Source: Amoebophrya sp. A120
Taxonomy: Eukaryota; Protista; Dinoflagellata
Reading direction: 5' to 3'
Assembly (NCBI GenBank): GCA_905178155.1
Contig: CAJINV010000004.1
Span: 6,720,842-6,784,841 of the forward strand
DNA length: 64,000 nt
Position numbers and translations under genes: made by a program
Notes under the pieces: generated by a model
Database searches by the model: none
What the model saw: the letters and a program-made list of their open reading frames with translations, nothing else
Told to the model about the DNA's origin: nothing
Shown: piece by piece, positions 1 through 13,500 of the stretch
Numbering within the stretch: position 1 is the stretch's first letter
Layout of the letters: the number at the start of each line of letters is the position of its first letter

Positions 1-83
1 TAAGACTCAGGCACGAGGAGATCGAGAGCGCCCGTACTTGTTGCCCCTACGCTTTTATCTCGTCCAGACACTCTACTCCGTGT

Positions 84-2870
84 ATGCAGTTCTGTCGTTA
101 CGCCGTTTTTGTCGGGGTGTGTTTTTGCGCTTCGGTCTGGCTTTCCGTCTCTGACTCACGGCACCGCATGGTAGAACGGATTCCTGCGGTCCTGCAGCGT
201 CGTATAGGTAGTAGTACCATACCGAGCTCAGAAGATCTAGCTTTCAGGAGGGGATCCTCAGGCACTGCGGCCGCGGGTGCAGAAGCGAAAAATGAACAAG
301 CAGCATCAGGTGACGGAAGCACAGCTCGTCTCGGCTTCTCTTTATCATCAAGTGCAAGAAACAGCACGACGCAAGATCATGGCGACACAATGAAGATGCG
401 CGGCCGGCAGCAAGCAAACTACATTCCTCCCCGGGATGGCCCAAGATACGAGAAACTGTGGCGCAAACTGTGCCCGAACTACGAGACGCTGAAAGCAGAT
501 ACTGAAGTGCGGCGATTGCCGTCGCAAAACGTGTTTCTGACGGGTCGCTTTTTCCCCGACTTGATGGACGGCCCAGTGCGGAAGGCATTGTTTCCGGACG
601 CGAAATTTCTTGCTTTTTTTGATAACCTGGCAACGGACGAAAGCATCCGGCTGATATCAGCCTTTTTGGAGGAGCAGAAGATCTTCCATCCGCCAGAAGC
701 TCAGGGGCAGCAGCAGTACACTGGTTTGAAGAAAGATCCACAGCAATCAAACAACAACCCCACCAGCGACGCTGAGCATGCCGCGCAGCAAAGCAGGCCG
801 TGGACGCTGCTGCGCGCCTACCGCGAGGTAAACGCGTGGTCGTTTCGTGCGGATATTTGGCGGATCGCTATTATCTACGCTTGCGGCGGCCTTTACCTAG
901 ACGCCAAGGCAACCTGGCCCGAAAGCAGGCACTACACCGCGGATATGAGACAGGCGAAAAGTGCTTCATCCGGATCCGGTCCAGACGAGGCTCGCGGCCC
1001 GGGCGCGCCGACACAGCGGCGAAACCTGGCACAGCAAAAGTCTTTCGGTGATCACTGGAATCATACGGCGGGGCTTCACGATGACAAGTTCGGCTCGTCG
1101 TCCCCTGGCGTAGTTGACGCGCAGTCGAAGGAGACAACAAGAACTTTGTGGGCAACATCAAGCATCAGGGATCCCTACGAGGGGACAAATCGTAATCACT
1201 CAGAATCACACCCGCATGATGACTCCCGCAGTGCTTCCGGCAGTATAATTTCGTCTCAGGGTCAGTCCAGCACCAGGACCAGCAGAGGAGAGGGGAGCAA
1301 CAATGCTTCTCGAACTCCATCAGGATCAGCACCGACGAGAAAACTAGGTCTGGCTTCTGAGCAAGATGAACCTGCTGACAGGACGCTACAAGAAGAAGAA
1401 CAGCTTGACGGAGGTGTAGGGCAGGCGGGAACAGAGCCCGGCGAGGCCGAGCAGTTAGCGGTGCTGCGTGCGAAAGCCGAGAAGGCTGAAAAAGAACGAC
1501 AGTCTGCTCTGTCTCCCCGCCATAGGACGAAGGGACGCAAGCGAAAAAAGTTTGTGGACGATGAAGAAGATGAGGACGGAGAGCGTGTGCCGCGGAGCAG
1601 GAGGTCGCGTGGGGGTGCACGGGCGGGCCGTGAAGATGTTGATGCTTCGAAAAATAAAAATGCCGAACACACAGCGAAAAAAGCGCCGTGGGAAAAAGTG
1701 AAACTTTTCTCACCAATAGCGATGCTGCGACGGAGTAAAAGAGAGCGTGAAGCAAGATGGTTCACCTCACACTTGAAATATGAGCGCACCTCCTCGGTTT
1801 TTCAGAAACTCGCGCCCGATGGAAGTATGAGTCCAGGGGAGGTGATGTTCTGCCTCGACACCGATATCCTGGCCCCGGGTAGCTGTGGCCTCACGAACAA
1901 CCTGATTGCGAGCTACCCCCGCAATCCCGCTCTACTCTACATATTGCGCGCACAAATCCAGAATGTCATGGAGCACCGCTACGATTTCGGAGACGACGTG
2001 ACCTCCCGGGGGCACGAGGACCTGTTTCTGACCGGCCCGGGCCTCGTGACGAGCGTGGTACTGCGGGAGCCGTGCTTGCGGCGCACGCTGGTGCCGCGGT
2101 GCGCATATGCCGACGCGGGTCCGCTTTTCCAACACGTTCGACGGGCGCAGCCGGAAGTCGTCAACGCAGTGTGCGGTCGCCCGGGCCACAACGACGCATG
2201 CACGGGAGAGGGGTATCACGTCGCATTCTCACCCGCGTATTGGGCGGAATTTAAAAAAGTCGGCGCAGAAATCAAGAAACGGTCGGCTCCCGACATCTGC
2301 GACGAAAGCCGGATGTTGCGAGGATTGAAAACCATGCCTCTCGCCGGGAAGCGCCCCTTATTGCTGAGAGCAAGAACCTCCACGCCCGAAGATTCGTTCG
2401 AAGACACTGGGCCCCTGGGGGACGAGGAAGATACAACAGGTTCTACAACTCGCACAGGCGTGAACAAAGACGAAAACTTTTACGATGATAGACAGCCGGC
2501 ACTGCTGGAGCTGCTTGTAGATGATTGGCGGGAGAACCCTTGGTCGCCGGAAAAGGTCGACGTGCGCAAGGACCTGATGACCTCCTTTGACAAGGGCGTG
2601 CACCAGGCGATGCACAAGCGGAAGAAACACTCCGATTGCAGTGCATACGGGGACATTTTTAATCACCACAAAGTGTTTTGTCGCGATTTGGAGGGCCCCG
2701 AAGACCATTGCCTGCAGGCGTGCTTCCAGAAAGACTCCTTTTCCACCATTTTTCAGAAACGCATGGCTCCGACAAGATTCCAAAGCCCGACACTCTACCA
2801 GATAAAATCCACGACCAAGAGCAACGCGCCACTTTCCGATAGCGCCGCTCTTGGGGGTGCGGGTCGCTGA
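84..2870 (+). CDS. Glycosyltransferase family 32-like (OCH1/Gly_transf_sug) protein with N-terminal signal anchor, apparently intronless
   Basis: 928-aa ORF; hydrophobic N-terminus; motif FRADIWRIAIIYACGGLYLDAK and downstream NNLIASYPRNP and TGPGLVT motifs typical of GT32; long low-complexity insert between them. Confidence 0.75.
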   Translation: MQFCRYAVFVGVCFCASVWLSVSDSRHRMVERIPAVLQRRIGSSTIPSSEDLAFRRGSSGTAAAGAEAKNEQAASGDGSTARLGFSLSSSARNSTTQDHGDTMKMRGRQQANYIPPRDGPRYEKLWRKLCPNYETLKADTEVRRLPSQNVFLTGRFFPDLMDGPVRKALFPDAKFLAFFDNLATDESIRLISAFLEEQKIFHPPEAQGQQQYTGLKKDPQQSNNNPTSDAEHAAQQSRPWTLLRAYREVNAWSFRADIWRIAIIYACGGLYLDAKATWPESRHYTADMRQAKSASSGSGPDEARGPGAPTQRRNLAQQKSFGDHWNHTAGLHDDKFGSSSPGVVDAQSKETTRTLWATSSIRDPYEGTNRNHSESHPHDDSRSASGSIISSQGQSSTRTSRGEGSNNASRTPSGSAPTRKLGLASEQDEPADRTLQEEEQLDGGVGQAGTEPGEAEQLAVLRAKAEKAEKERQSALSPRHRTKGRKRKKFVDDEEDEDGERVPRSRRSRGGARAGREDVDASKNKNAEHTAKKAPWEKVKLFSPIAMLRRSKREREARWFTSHLKYERTSSVFQKLAPDGSMSPGEVMFCLDTDILAPGSCGLTNNLIASYPRNPALLYILRAQIQNVMEHRYDFGDDVTSRGHEDLFLTGPGLVTSVVLREPCLRRTLVPRCAYADAGPLFQHVRRAQPEVVNAVCGRPGHNDACTGEGYHVAFSPAYWAEFKKVGAEIKKRSAPDICDESRMLRGLKTMPLAGKRPLLLRARTSTPEDSFEDTGPLGDEEDTTGSTTRTGVNKDENFYDDRQPALLELLVDDWRENPWSPEKVDVRKDLMTSFDKGVHQAMHKRKKHSDCSAYGDIFNHHKVFCRDLEGPEDHCLQACFQKDSFSTIFQKRMAPTRFQSPTLYQIKSTTKSNAPLSDSAALGGAGR

Positions 2871-3573
2871 TGTTGTAGAAAAAGTTGTTTCTAGTATAGT
2901 ACCTGCCCGACGACCTGATCAACGCCTGCGTCATAACTGTTACTCAGCTCGGACTCGGTCGAGATAGCAAAAGGAGACCAGCACACTGCGACAGTGATGT
3001 TGCAACAACAACCATCTACATCTACGATTAAGATTCTAGCCCCTGCTGTCATGATCATGATGGTGCTCTTGCTCAGGCATGCATAGAAAAATTGAATGTC
3101 GAATGTGCAGCTCAGGACACAAGAGCATCATCTATGAATACCACGAGATATGAGAAAGAACAAATAGTTGCAGTTGGCAGGACAACAGAAGTTCTGCTCC
3201 TTCGATAATTTTCAATTTTGTCTTTGTTCGTTTTTCCTGGCCCTGGAGCTTTCTTTGTTTTTGCTCGGCTAGACATTCTGTTCTGCTGAGTACTTATGAC
3301 GTGGAGATGTCTGTGTTAGCTTTCTTCGGCCCGCGAATTTTCCTTGCACAAAAATGTACTTACTTAGATAGTCCCGGCCACGGACTGAAGAGAGCAATCC
3401 GTCGAGCGCTTGTTGCAAAGAAGGGGGGTGAGTGCTCGAGGTCCATCGAGGTTCTGTGGTCGACATGCGCGCACGACTCACAGTACTTGTGGAAAATTGA
3501 TGAGAGTTGTCGTGTACACCACCTGAGCGGACAAGGATCGTATAATAATGCGGTCACTTGAGACTGAGAGTCA

Positions 3574-4306
3574 TATGTAGTGAGGTCACCGAACGGTTCT
3601 AACCAGGGAGTTTTCTTGCCATATACCCTGAAAAACGACCGGCAGTTTTGAAGCCTGTAGAGAGTTTTTTTGCATGAAAAAGATCCCAGCGTGCAAGCCT
3701 GTTTGGCTTTGCTGGCACCGAATCGCCAGCGGATTCTATCGATCCACGCTGGGTAAAACGACGCAGGGGAGCCGGCAAAAGGGGCGCCCTTCTGAGGCGC
3801 CCACCGCCTTGGTTTCTGGCGGTTTGGGGTGCCCAAAAGGACGCCCGAAAAAAACGCATCCAAAATCAGATCAGCGAAACAGCATGGAACGGCCGCGATT
3901 TTGGAGCATTTTGGGCGGCCGCGAAAGCGGCCGTATTTTCGCCGGTTTCAGAGCCTGGGGAGCTTTGCAAAAAGCGCCGGCTAGAAAAATAAAAACGCAA
4001 AAAAGCAAAAGCGCGCCAGACCTGCAAAGCCAATCCGCATGCTATGGGCCCGATTTTTCTTCGCTTTTTGGGCGCCCCCCATGGCACCCGGATCGGCCCC
4101 ATAGCATGGGGGCTGGCTTTCGGAAAGGAATATCGGGAATTTGCCAAAATTTGCGACGTTTATCACGCGGCCGCCATACCGCCCGGCCTAACGTTACTCG
4201 CGGCGGTATGGCGAGCCCAGAAAAAGCAAAGCCGCGGCCAAGGCGACGGCCGGCAAGAAAACGCCCACGACCTCACTACCTCCGCCCCGGCGGCTATATT
4301 TGGTAG
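3574..4306. mobile_element. ~730-bp non-autonomous dispersed repeat, copy 1 (Helentron/Helitron2-like termini)
   Basis: Highly similar to 26150-26882; GTAGTGAGGTC at 3577 pairs with GACCTCACTAC at 4269, followed by a CCGCC-cc-GGCGG hairpin; AGTCA at 3569-3573 and 4305-4309. Confidence 0.75.
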
Positions 4307-4577
4307 TCATACGCACACCAAGGAAGTGAGCAGTAAGGCTTGCTTTCGAGAATTCACGCAGAACAATTCTTGCTTTCACTTGCGTGTGGCATGCAAGCTG
4401 CCTTCGAAGAAGTGCGATTGGTAAAGTAAGTACATTCCGGCTGGCTCTGCCGAAGGTAAACGATATGTATGAGCGAAGATCTTTTCAACTGTCGAGGTCG
4501 TCAAAAATATCGAATTGCAGGCTACTTGAGTATTGTCAAAGTTTCAAAACTTTTACGCGTTGTACACGTATTAAACC

Positions 4578-7500
4578 ATGCCGCCGAAAGGTGGCGGCGC
4601 CGCCGAGCTGGAGGCGAATTCCACCTTTGAGGCCCGCGCGCCGGACGAGGTCCCCGCCCCCGAGGAAGTTGCCGCCTTCGAGCCGGCGACCAGGAGCCTG
4701 GCGCCGCGGCTGTACCCGGAATTTGATGCGGAAGCGATCGATCAAGTCAACTGGGGCTTCAATTTTGTCGAGTCGTACTACCCCGACGTGAATGTGGTGG
4801 ACAAAATCAACGTGAAGCAGAGCCCGGGTTCTTTCTTCGATGCCGACTTTCCGGTGTGGTCAAATGGAGTATGAGAGTGCACAAGTCCCCCTCCTCCTCT
4901 TTTGTATGGCATGAACGGCAATACAAGCATCAGCAAGAGTGCCGGTTTTGCATGACAAATTTGCGCTGGAGTGTAGTGCTATTTGGGCTGCCCGAACTTG
5001 TCATGCAAACAGTGCCAAGAGCCAAGGCGCAAATTAGGCATTTTGCATGACAAATGAGGGGGAGGGGGGGTTGTGCACTGTCAAATGGTGGCGCGGAGAA
5101 AATCGACAAGGGGGTAGCCGTATCCTGTGCAAAAGTATCGTACTCGTCTTGCAATCATGCATTACAAATCTTTCTCTTAAGGTAAATCAGCATTACAAAT
5201 TTTATCTCTCATGCTGAGGAAATTTGTAATGCATTTATACGATTACCTTTTGCAATGCATAAGCCGAGCGAACCACGGCCTGGCGCCGGGTCACGCACGT
5301 GAAGACTGCGGGACATACCTTGGAGCCACCTGGTATGGCGTTCTCAAACGTTACATTCTCAACTGTTACATGAATTTGTCATGCAAAAGAACCTTGTTAA
5401 GCCGGCAGATCCAGATGATCGAGCTGCTTCGCATGACAAATTTCGGGAGGGCTAGACAGCATCTAAATCTGCGCCAAACTTGTAATGCAAAAGGCGCAAT
5501 CTTCTTCCTTCCAATTTTGCCAGTCTTGCATTACAAATTCATGTTGTAAGAGTTGACGTTGAGAATGTAACATTTGAGAATGCCATACCTGGAGGTGCTG
5601 GAGGCGAGGAGGAAGGTGCGGGCGGAGATGCAGCCCCGGCCCCGCTGGTGCGATCTAGTTATTCATACATCTTCGTGATTTTCATTTTTATTGTCATGCA
5701 AGGTTCTAGTTCATTTTCATATTCTTTCATCCTCATACATAGTCATGTTCAAGAACGCGCACCAGCAATAGCAAAGAAAAGGACGCAGGAACAGGAAGTG
5801 GTCCTCACTACTACTCATTGCGTTCAATAAGATTCATGTGCTCCTTATTTGGATGAAATAAAAATGCAGGCCAGCGAGGGGAAAAGCACGCAAGATCAGT
5901 ATGACGAGTGGCTGGCCCCGCGAGGCGAGTCTTACTCGAAGTCCTGCATGGTTGCGTTTCTGGAGAACTGCAAACAGTCCGATATGTACAAGGAGCTGGG
6001 CGTCCCTGTGCCAAAGCCGCCGGCAGACGGTATTCATTGTACTCCGTTTATTGCGGTTTCGTGCTCTGTTCGCTGGAGAAAGAGTTGTAGAAAATGCAGT
6101 TGTACGGAGAAGTCGTCCGTTGCGACGTGCTGAATTTCAATTTTTTTCTGATGCAATTATTCGCTCCGAAACCAAAATCTCGCGACGCAAAATAAACAAT
6201 CGCTCCGTCAAAAAATATCCAGGCGACGAAGCGGAGCCGCAGCCAAAATACCTGCGCATGCCCGCCTGCATGTACGTGCAGCCCACGCAAGACGTGGGTT
6301 GCGCCCAGGCTATGGCGTCCGCTTTCGGGGTAATAGAGGAGAACTGCGCGGATAAGCTGCCGAACGGATCCTACCTCTGGGAACTGATCTACCCCCAGGC
6401 CGAGGTCAGTTTCAAGACGTTAGACCCACCAGCGCCACCCGCTGGGGAGGAGGAAGCGGCGGAGGTATGATTGAATCTTTAATCTTTTGTTTTGGTGCTG
6501 ATTGATGTGGTCCTCACGACCTAGTACCAGTACGCATCTGATTTCGGGTTGTTCGCTATTTGCATGCAGCAGCTGCACAAACGAAGAGGAAGATGATGCG
6601 GTAGTTAATACATCGAATTATGGTGTTGAAGTCCACAAGCACAACTGAGTTCATCTTCAACTTACTATCCAAATCAATTCTAAATTTCCGTCTCTCGAGG
6701 TTCCTCCCCCGCCGCCCCCTGGGAAATTGAAGCTCCCCATCATCAACCCCAGCGGGAAATACGTGGTGAAGCTCTTCATCATGGGTAAATGGCGGGCCGT
6801 CGTGGTGGACGACACCGTGCCCTGCGAGAGCCTCGACGACGGACAGACCTTCACTTCGCTGCTGCCAAACGCGTGCACGAACTCCATCCTGGCGCGCATC
6901 CAGCAGAACATGAGCAAAAAGCGCCGGCCGGCGAAGGTGGACCCCACTAAGGACTTGGACAAAAACGCCAGTCTTTGGTGCCAGATTCTGGGGAAGGCGA
7001 TCTTGAAGGTAAGTACGAATTCAGCTGTTCACGAATGAGGTTGAGGATTAGCTTCTGATGTGCAACTACAAGAAGAAAGCTCGTCAGCAGTTGCTTGTGA
7101 TTAACAGTGTTGATAGTTGTTCGCTGAATTCTTGCAAAAGGAGCATTGAATGCCAAGTGCAGGAGGGAGCATTCGGTAAACAAAGGACCTTGCTCTGCAA
7201 GGAGCGTACTCTCGCACGGCACGAGCTTCCTTTCACCACAGGTTTCCCGAGACTTCGACTTCGTACCCTTGCTCCACCTTTTAACCGGGTACATTCCGGT
7301 CGTGGAGCCCCTTACCTGGGCCTATGGATTGCAAAAGTGTCTGGGTCTGGAAGAATGCAACTTGTGATGCTGCATTTGGATTCCAAAAAAATCTGTATTG
7401 CATGAGCAGCAAAAGGAGTATAATTTCTGCTTCTACAAGGATAGGGCATTCGCATTTGTCATGCGGAATAGGCATCAAGATGCCTTCAAAAAATCTGTGA

Positions 7501-10500
7501 TGCTAGGGCGTGCATCACAGACATCATGGCTCATGCAAAACGTGCTTCACAACTCTCATAGTCTTCCAGACCCAGACATATTTGCAGTGCATAGGGCCCG
7601 GCTTTCCACGAAGATCGAGGACAAGAGCGAAATGCTGCACTTCATGCTGAAGCCGGAAAATAGTGAGCCCATGCAGCCAAGGAGCAGCTTCGTGGGCACA
7701 GGAGCAAATAATGCCGCGCAAACAGATAATTGTGAAGAGCCGAAGGAGAAGATTATTCCGCATTTGTTCGGCACGATTTGCGAAATCAACGAGAACAAGG
7801 ACGAGAAGGGGACATTGCTGCACAGGCAAGTGCGCGTGAAAATCGCGGGTGGGCTGAAGCTATGCATTGCAAAAGTACAACCGTATAACTAGCAGGCATC
7901 GCTCAACAATTATTTTCAAGAAGAAGAGAGTGTGACGTGTATTGCTTTTTGGGTTTGGCAACGATGTTTGTCAGGCCCAGGCGACGTGATGTGCAATTTA
8001 TACGAGCACTTTTGCAGGGGATAGAAGCCGGACTGGGCCATGGAGAGCAAAATGTTAAGGCACGTGAAATATCAAATGCAAATGTGTCTTGGTCTGGAAA
8101 GTTGTGATGCTAATGTCCGAATACTTATACGCAACCTGTGTTAGCAGGGGGGCGCGCATGAGAAGTTTCTGAGCGGCTTTAATGTCTAGCGTGCGCCGGC
8201 GCATGACAAAGAAATCGCCTTCTTGGATGACCACAAACAAGTGGCGCTGTAGCGCAACAAGCATGACAGACTTTTCTGTCTGGTTGGCCATCAAGGAGCA
8301 TGACAAACTTGCAACATTCTTCCAGGCCCGGAGATGATATTTGCAATGCATATGAAAATGGAGATGCCAGAATCGAGCGACAGTGAGGAGGACGCGGACG
8401 ATGACGATGGGAAAGATTCCGCGAGGCTGTCAGCGTCCGACCCGGGTGGCTTAACCGTAACGGCGGAGGAAATCGCGGAAAGAGAAAAGAAGAGGGAAGC
8501 GTATTATAATAGTTTTGGTGGTGGTGGGTTTTGTACTTAAATAACGTTATTAAGCAATACTCAATTTCTATTTCGTATTCGTCTTTGTCTTGCATGGAGT
8601 ACAACTCGTCGACTTCGATTTAGCATGACATGATCTCTGTGAAAGAATCTACGCGTCTTCCAACTACAGAGCGCGCAAGGCCCGCGAGGAGGCACGCATC
8701 GAACTTCGGCGCAAGTTGGAAGAGGGTGACAGTTTGACGCGGAATATCCTGAGTGAAAACGTCCCCACACCATAGTCAAGATGGGGAATCGGCTAGACAA
8801 ATCCACAAGCTTTGGCTCTTTTGCATGACAAATTTGGATTCGTAGTGTAGTGCTGTTTGAGCTAGCTCAGCAGCATCACAGATCTAGCATACCATGCTGA
8901 TTGGAGCATGACAAATTGCAAAGCACGATTATAAAATGCTTCTCATGGGGCTCCGCATGAGAAACATTTTCAGCATGCAGATTTGCATTACAACTATGGG
9001 GTGAGGACGTTTTTAAATAGGATACGGAATATCGACGGCGGCTACTGGATATGAAGTGCAAATATGTCTGGGTCTCCTTGAAGTAGAGTTTGGGCTTGTC
9101 ATGCACATTTTGCATGACCCGTCAGGTTTGTGATTCTGGTGCTAGCGTCACAGATTCTTTCAGAACGTCTTGATGCTAATTACGCATGACAAATGCCCTC
9201 TCCGCGACGTGCCAAGAGCTGACTCCTCTTGCTGCTCATACAGCACAGATATTTTTAGACTCCGCAGACAGCATTACAAGTCTCACACATTTGCAGTTGA
9301 TACTGGATCAACTGGACGGACGTGGTGGACCTGGCCACCCACTTCTCCTTTTACGAGTCCGCGGACAAATTCACCTGTGTGGAGCACTATGGATTGCAAG
9401 AGTGATCGTACTTGTACTAAAGATTGCAGTCATGCATTACAAATGTTCGCATTAAGGGAAATCCGCATTACAAATTCGATTTATCATGCAGAAGAAATTG
9501 AAATTTGTCATGCGCTAGCGATTTCTACTAGTTTAAGTTATTTTACTAGTACGAGTCTCTTGCAATGCATAAGCACGACTCGGTCCCGGTGGAAGACGCG
9601 GAGAGTTCGAAAGTCATGCTGTATCAAAAGGAAAAGACCCCCCTTCCCATATCAGAACGAAATTTCTGATGCTGGATTTGCGTACATAAATCAGCCTCGT
9701 CTTGCAGTAGAAGAGGACTGCAGGCCCATATCGAGCCTGACTGGAGAGGTTTTGTGACATAGGCGCCCAGCATGACAAAAGTCCATGCTGTAGGCCTAAC
9801 AGCATCACAAACCGCTGGCACAATGCGGGGGGCCTTCTCGGATTGCCTTCTTGCAAGACAGAAACGATTTGTGAGTACAAATCAGCATCACAAAAGATAT
9901 CTTTTCAGTAAGGGGAGGTGGGATTATTTTTCCTCGCGATATGCTGCCCACAAAGCCCATGCTCCTCACCGTCCGCGTCCGGCCGAGCAAAGGTGGACCA
10001 GGACAAACAGCGAGTGCAACAACTTCGCCCACTATCATTTGTAAAAACGTCCCCACCCCAGAGTCAAGATGGGGATTTTGCAACACATTTCTCGAGGTTT
10101 TGGGAGCCACGCATGACAAGTTGCAGGCTGTAGTGTATTGCAGTTTAGTAAGGGAAGCCGCATAACAAATCCATCTCCTCATCCTGTTTACAGCATTACA
10201 AGTTCCAAAATACAATGGGAAATGCCTCTTGTGAGGATGCGCATTACAAATGCTCTTGTGCTTGCAGATCTGCATGATAACTCTGGGGTGGGGATGCCTT
10301 TACACAGGAGACCCACCGATACTTCCTCATCCTCGGAAAAAATCACCGACTCCACGCTGCTGCTCTGGTCTGCCACGCAGCCCGACGGCACGCCTGAGGA
10401 GGGGGAAGAAGGACTACCCGACGAAGGAGCTAGTCCGGCGGACCCCGCGGAAACGGCGGCGCCAACCAAGGCGTCGTCGAAATCGTCGGGAAAAAAAGAA

Positions 10501-13500
10501 AAAGACGCAGCCGCGGGGTCTGGTACAACAACTTCCCAACAGGAACAACAGGGCGGGTCGACAAGTAGCACGGCCATTCCGACCTGCCAAGTCGTGCTCG
10601 CGGTGGAGCCGATGGACCCATCAGTACATGCGGGGAGCTACTTTTTCCGCGCGAACAACTGGAAGTTCAACAGCTACCCGAACACTACGAGCACAGGGTC
10701 CTCGGGTGGAAAAATATCAAACCCGTTCACGACCGGTTTCCAGAAGCTCGCAAATCACCTTTGTTACGCGAAGAAGGCCGCGGCTGGGAGTGCTGGTGCA
10801 GCAGAGAGCGATCCGGACGCGCCGGACCCGTTCTGCTACTTCGACTACAACCCGCTGGCGCTGTCTGCCACCTGCACACACGTGACGGGTCCGAACGCGC
10901 CAAGGGTGCAGGGGTGTTTCGACGTGCCGGTGGTCGCAAACGGGTCGGAGCTATGCTTCGCAAATATGTCTGGGTCTGCAAGAATGCAGGTTTCGTTTGT
11001 CATGCTTGTCTGGCATGACTCTTAGATCTGTGATGCATGAGCAGGACAAGGCCCTCTTGCCTGTCATGCAAAAACGCAGTTTGCCATGCAGTAAACGAAA
11101 CACATAAAAAACCGCTCAAAAAATTGTCATGCTTGGCGGCATATCGCAGTGCGCCCACCATTCACAGATTTGCATCACAACTTTCCGGACCCAGAACGAC
11201 TTGCATTTGATATGAGCACTGCTTCTTGCTGATCGAGGATCCGACAAAATCGGGAGCGAAACACCAGGTGTTGCTGAAAAAGTGCAGCGTGCCTAGTTCT
11301 GTATCAGGAGCCGAAACTACGACGCTGATGAACTACGAAGCCAGGGCGACATTCGTCGAGCCCGCGGACTACCTGGAGCAACGAGCACACATCCCGGTTC
11401 TGAAGATCGGAAGAGCACCGGACTGCGAAGACCCCCCGGTCACCTACCCAGCCGGGTACAGCCTGTGGGCGAAGTGCGAATTTAAATCCCGCCTCCCCGA
11501 CACGTATCCTGTGCAAAAGTATCGTACTCGTATAAATGCAGGTCGTTCATGACAGATCTGCTTTTTTAGCTTGTTCTGCATGACAAATTTCATTTTTCCT
11601 CTAGAAAAAATTTGTCATGCGTTTTGTACTAGTGCGATGCTTTTGTGATGCATAACACGGCGAAACGCACCGTGACCGCCTACACGCACTTCGCCGGCGA
11701 CCCGGAGTGCCGCCAGCACCTCCGGCTGCGGCTGTTGGTGCGGCGAAGAGCAGTTTCCGGAGAGCAACTTGTTTTCCCGGTTTGGTCAGAAATCGTGTTT
11801 GAAACGCCGTTCCTGCCCTTGTTTCAGTTCGACTTACCGGAGGGGGAGGACACGTTTTTGCTTTTGTTGGAGGGAAACATGTCGAAACCCGTTATCGAAC
11901 CGGTGTACTACGTGCACTTGTTTGAGCAACTCACCGAACCAACACCCGCGATCGCGCTGGAACCCTTCAGCGAGAGTTACGACGCGAAAAAAATCGGGTT
12001 TTCCAACAGAAAGTTGTACGAAGTGGCTTTGTCGGACCTGAAAACCTTCGATCCGTTGATTCTCCGGGAACGAATCACGGTGGCAGCCGAGCCGGTTTCG
12101 GAAGAGGAGCCAGCGGTGGTCTCCGCGTCCATGCGGGTAACCTGCAACTTTCCCGACGTTTTTTTTATCGCGAAATTGGTGTTGCAGCACCCGCCAAAGG
12201 AGGAGTTTCGGCCGGCGATGAAGGACAGATGGCAGTCGGGGGAGGAAGTTACGGAGGAAGAGGAATTGCCGGCGCTGGAATCGAATGTTAACGTAGATCC
12301 GGAGGAATTCGGCGGGAGGAAAAATTGGCTGTCCAGTCTGGAAACCATGTGCACGATGGAGGGCAAGGACGCGGTTTCTTTTATCCTGATTGAAAACGTC
12401 CCCACACCAGAGTCAAGACGGGAAATCTGCTAGACAAATCACACAGCTTTGGTTGTTTGGCATGATAAGTTTGTCCTCGTAGTGTGGTCCTGTTTAGCTC
12501 GCTCAGAATCATCACAGATCTAGCATAGCATGCCGATCCTCGCATCACAAATCCCAAAACACGCAAAACGAAATGCTTCTCATAGGGCTCCGCATGAGAA
12601 ACTTTTTTGGCATGCAGAATTGCACGACAACTCTGGGGTGGGAACGTTTTTACTCAGGATATCCTTCCCGCACCTGGAGCTCCAGGGCAACGCGACCTAC
12701 ATCCTGCAGATCGAACTAGACAGCAGCCGGTGCGTGGAGAGAACGGAGGTGCCGGTGAACAATGCGGAAATAGTCGCCTCTGAGGCGAATGGAGAGGAGC
12801 CAGCGGAAGAGGAGGAAGGAGCAGCTGAGAAGCCAGAGCCGTACAAATGGCGGTTAGAAATATTCGCCGACGGAGATCTGCAGGTCGGAAACGACACCAC
12901 TGAGTTTGACTTGGAAGCGATTGTCATGAAGAAATGGGCGAAACTGGCGGGCGTCCCCGCGGCGGAAAGGGAAGAAAAGGCGGAGGTAGCGAGGAAAGAA
13001 TGGCTCGAAGGAGGGGATCAAGGGTATATTATGAAAACCGTATAACGTTTCTTGTAGGTGTGGCTCCTGAATTATCATCGGTTGTAACAGACGGCAAGCA
13101 TCTTCCTGTATCGTGATGGTGCTTTTTGCAAAGTCTAAATCAAGATCAACTTTTTGAGTTGGCCGGGTCCACCTGAAGCTCATGCTCAATGTGTGAAACA
13201 AAAAGATGTGAAAATAGAGTAGGCGTGAGCCTGCGGGCCTAAATTCCGGTGGGTTGGTCGGTTGGTTGGTTGGTTTTGGACAGACGACATTTGAGCGAAT
13301 TTCCGATGTATGGAAACACGGCTTCGGGGTTCGGGCGCAGGATGGGCCTGCAGCTGCAGGCAGTTGTCCGTAACTTCCTCCGGTGGGTTGGTCGGTTATG
13401 TACAACGCAGAACCAAGTTAATCTCCGCTGCGCGCAGCACAAATCTGTGCTGCGCACAAATCTGTGCTGCGTGTTGCGCGCAAATCTGTGTTGCGCGCAG

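Noticed and set aside
3674-4306. 210-aa ORF in the dispersed repeat
   Set aside because: Not kept open in the second copy and has no recognisable motif
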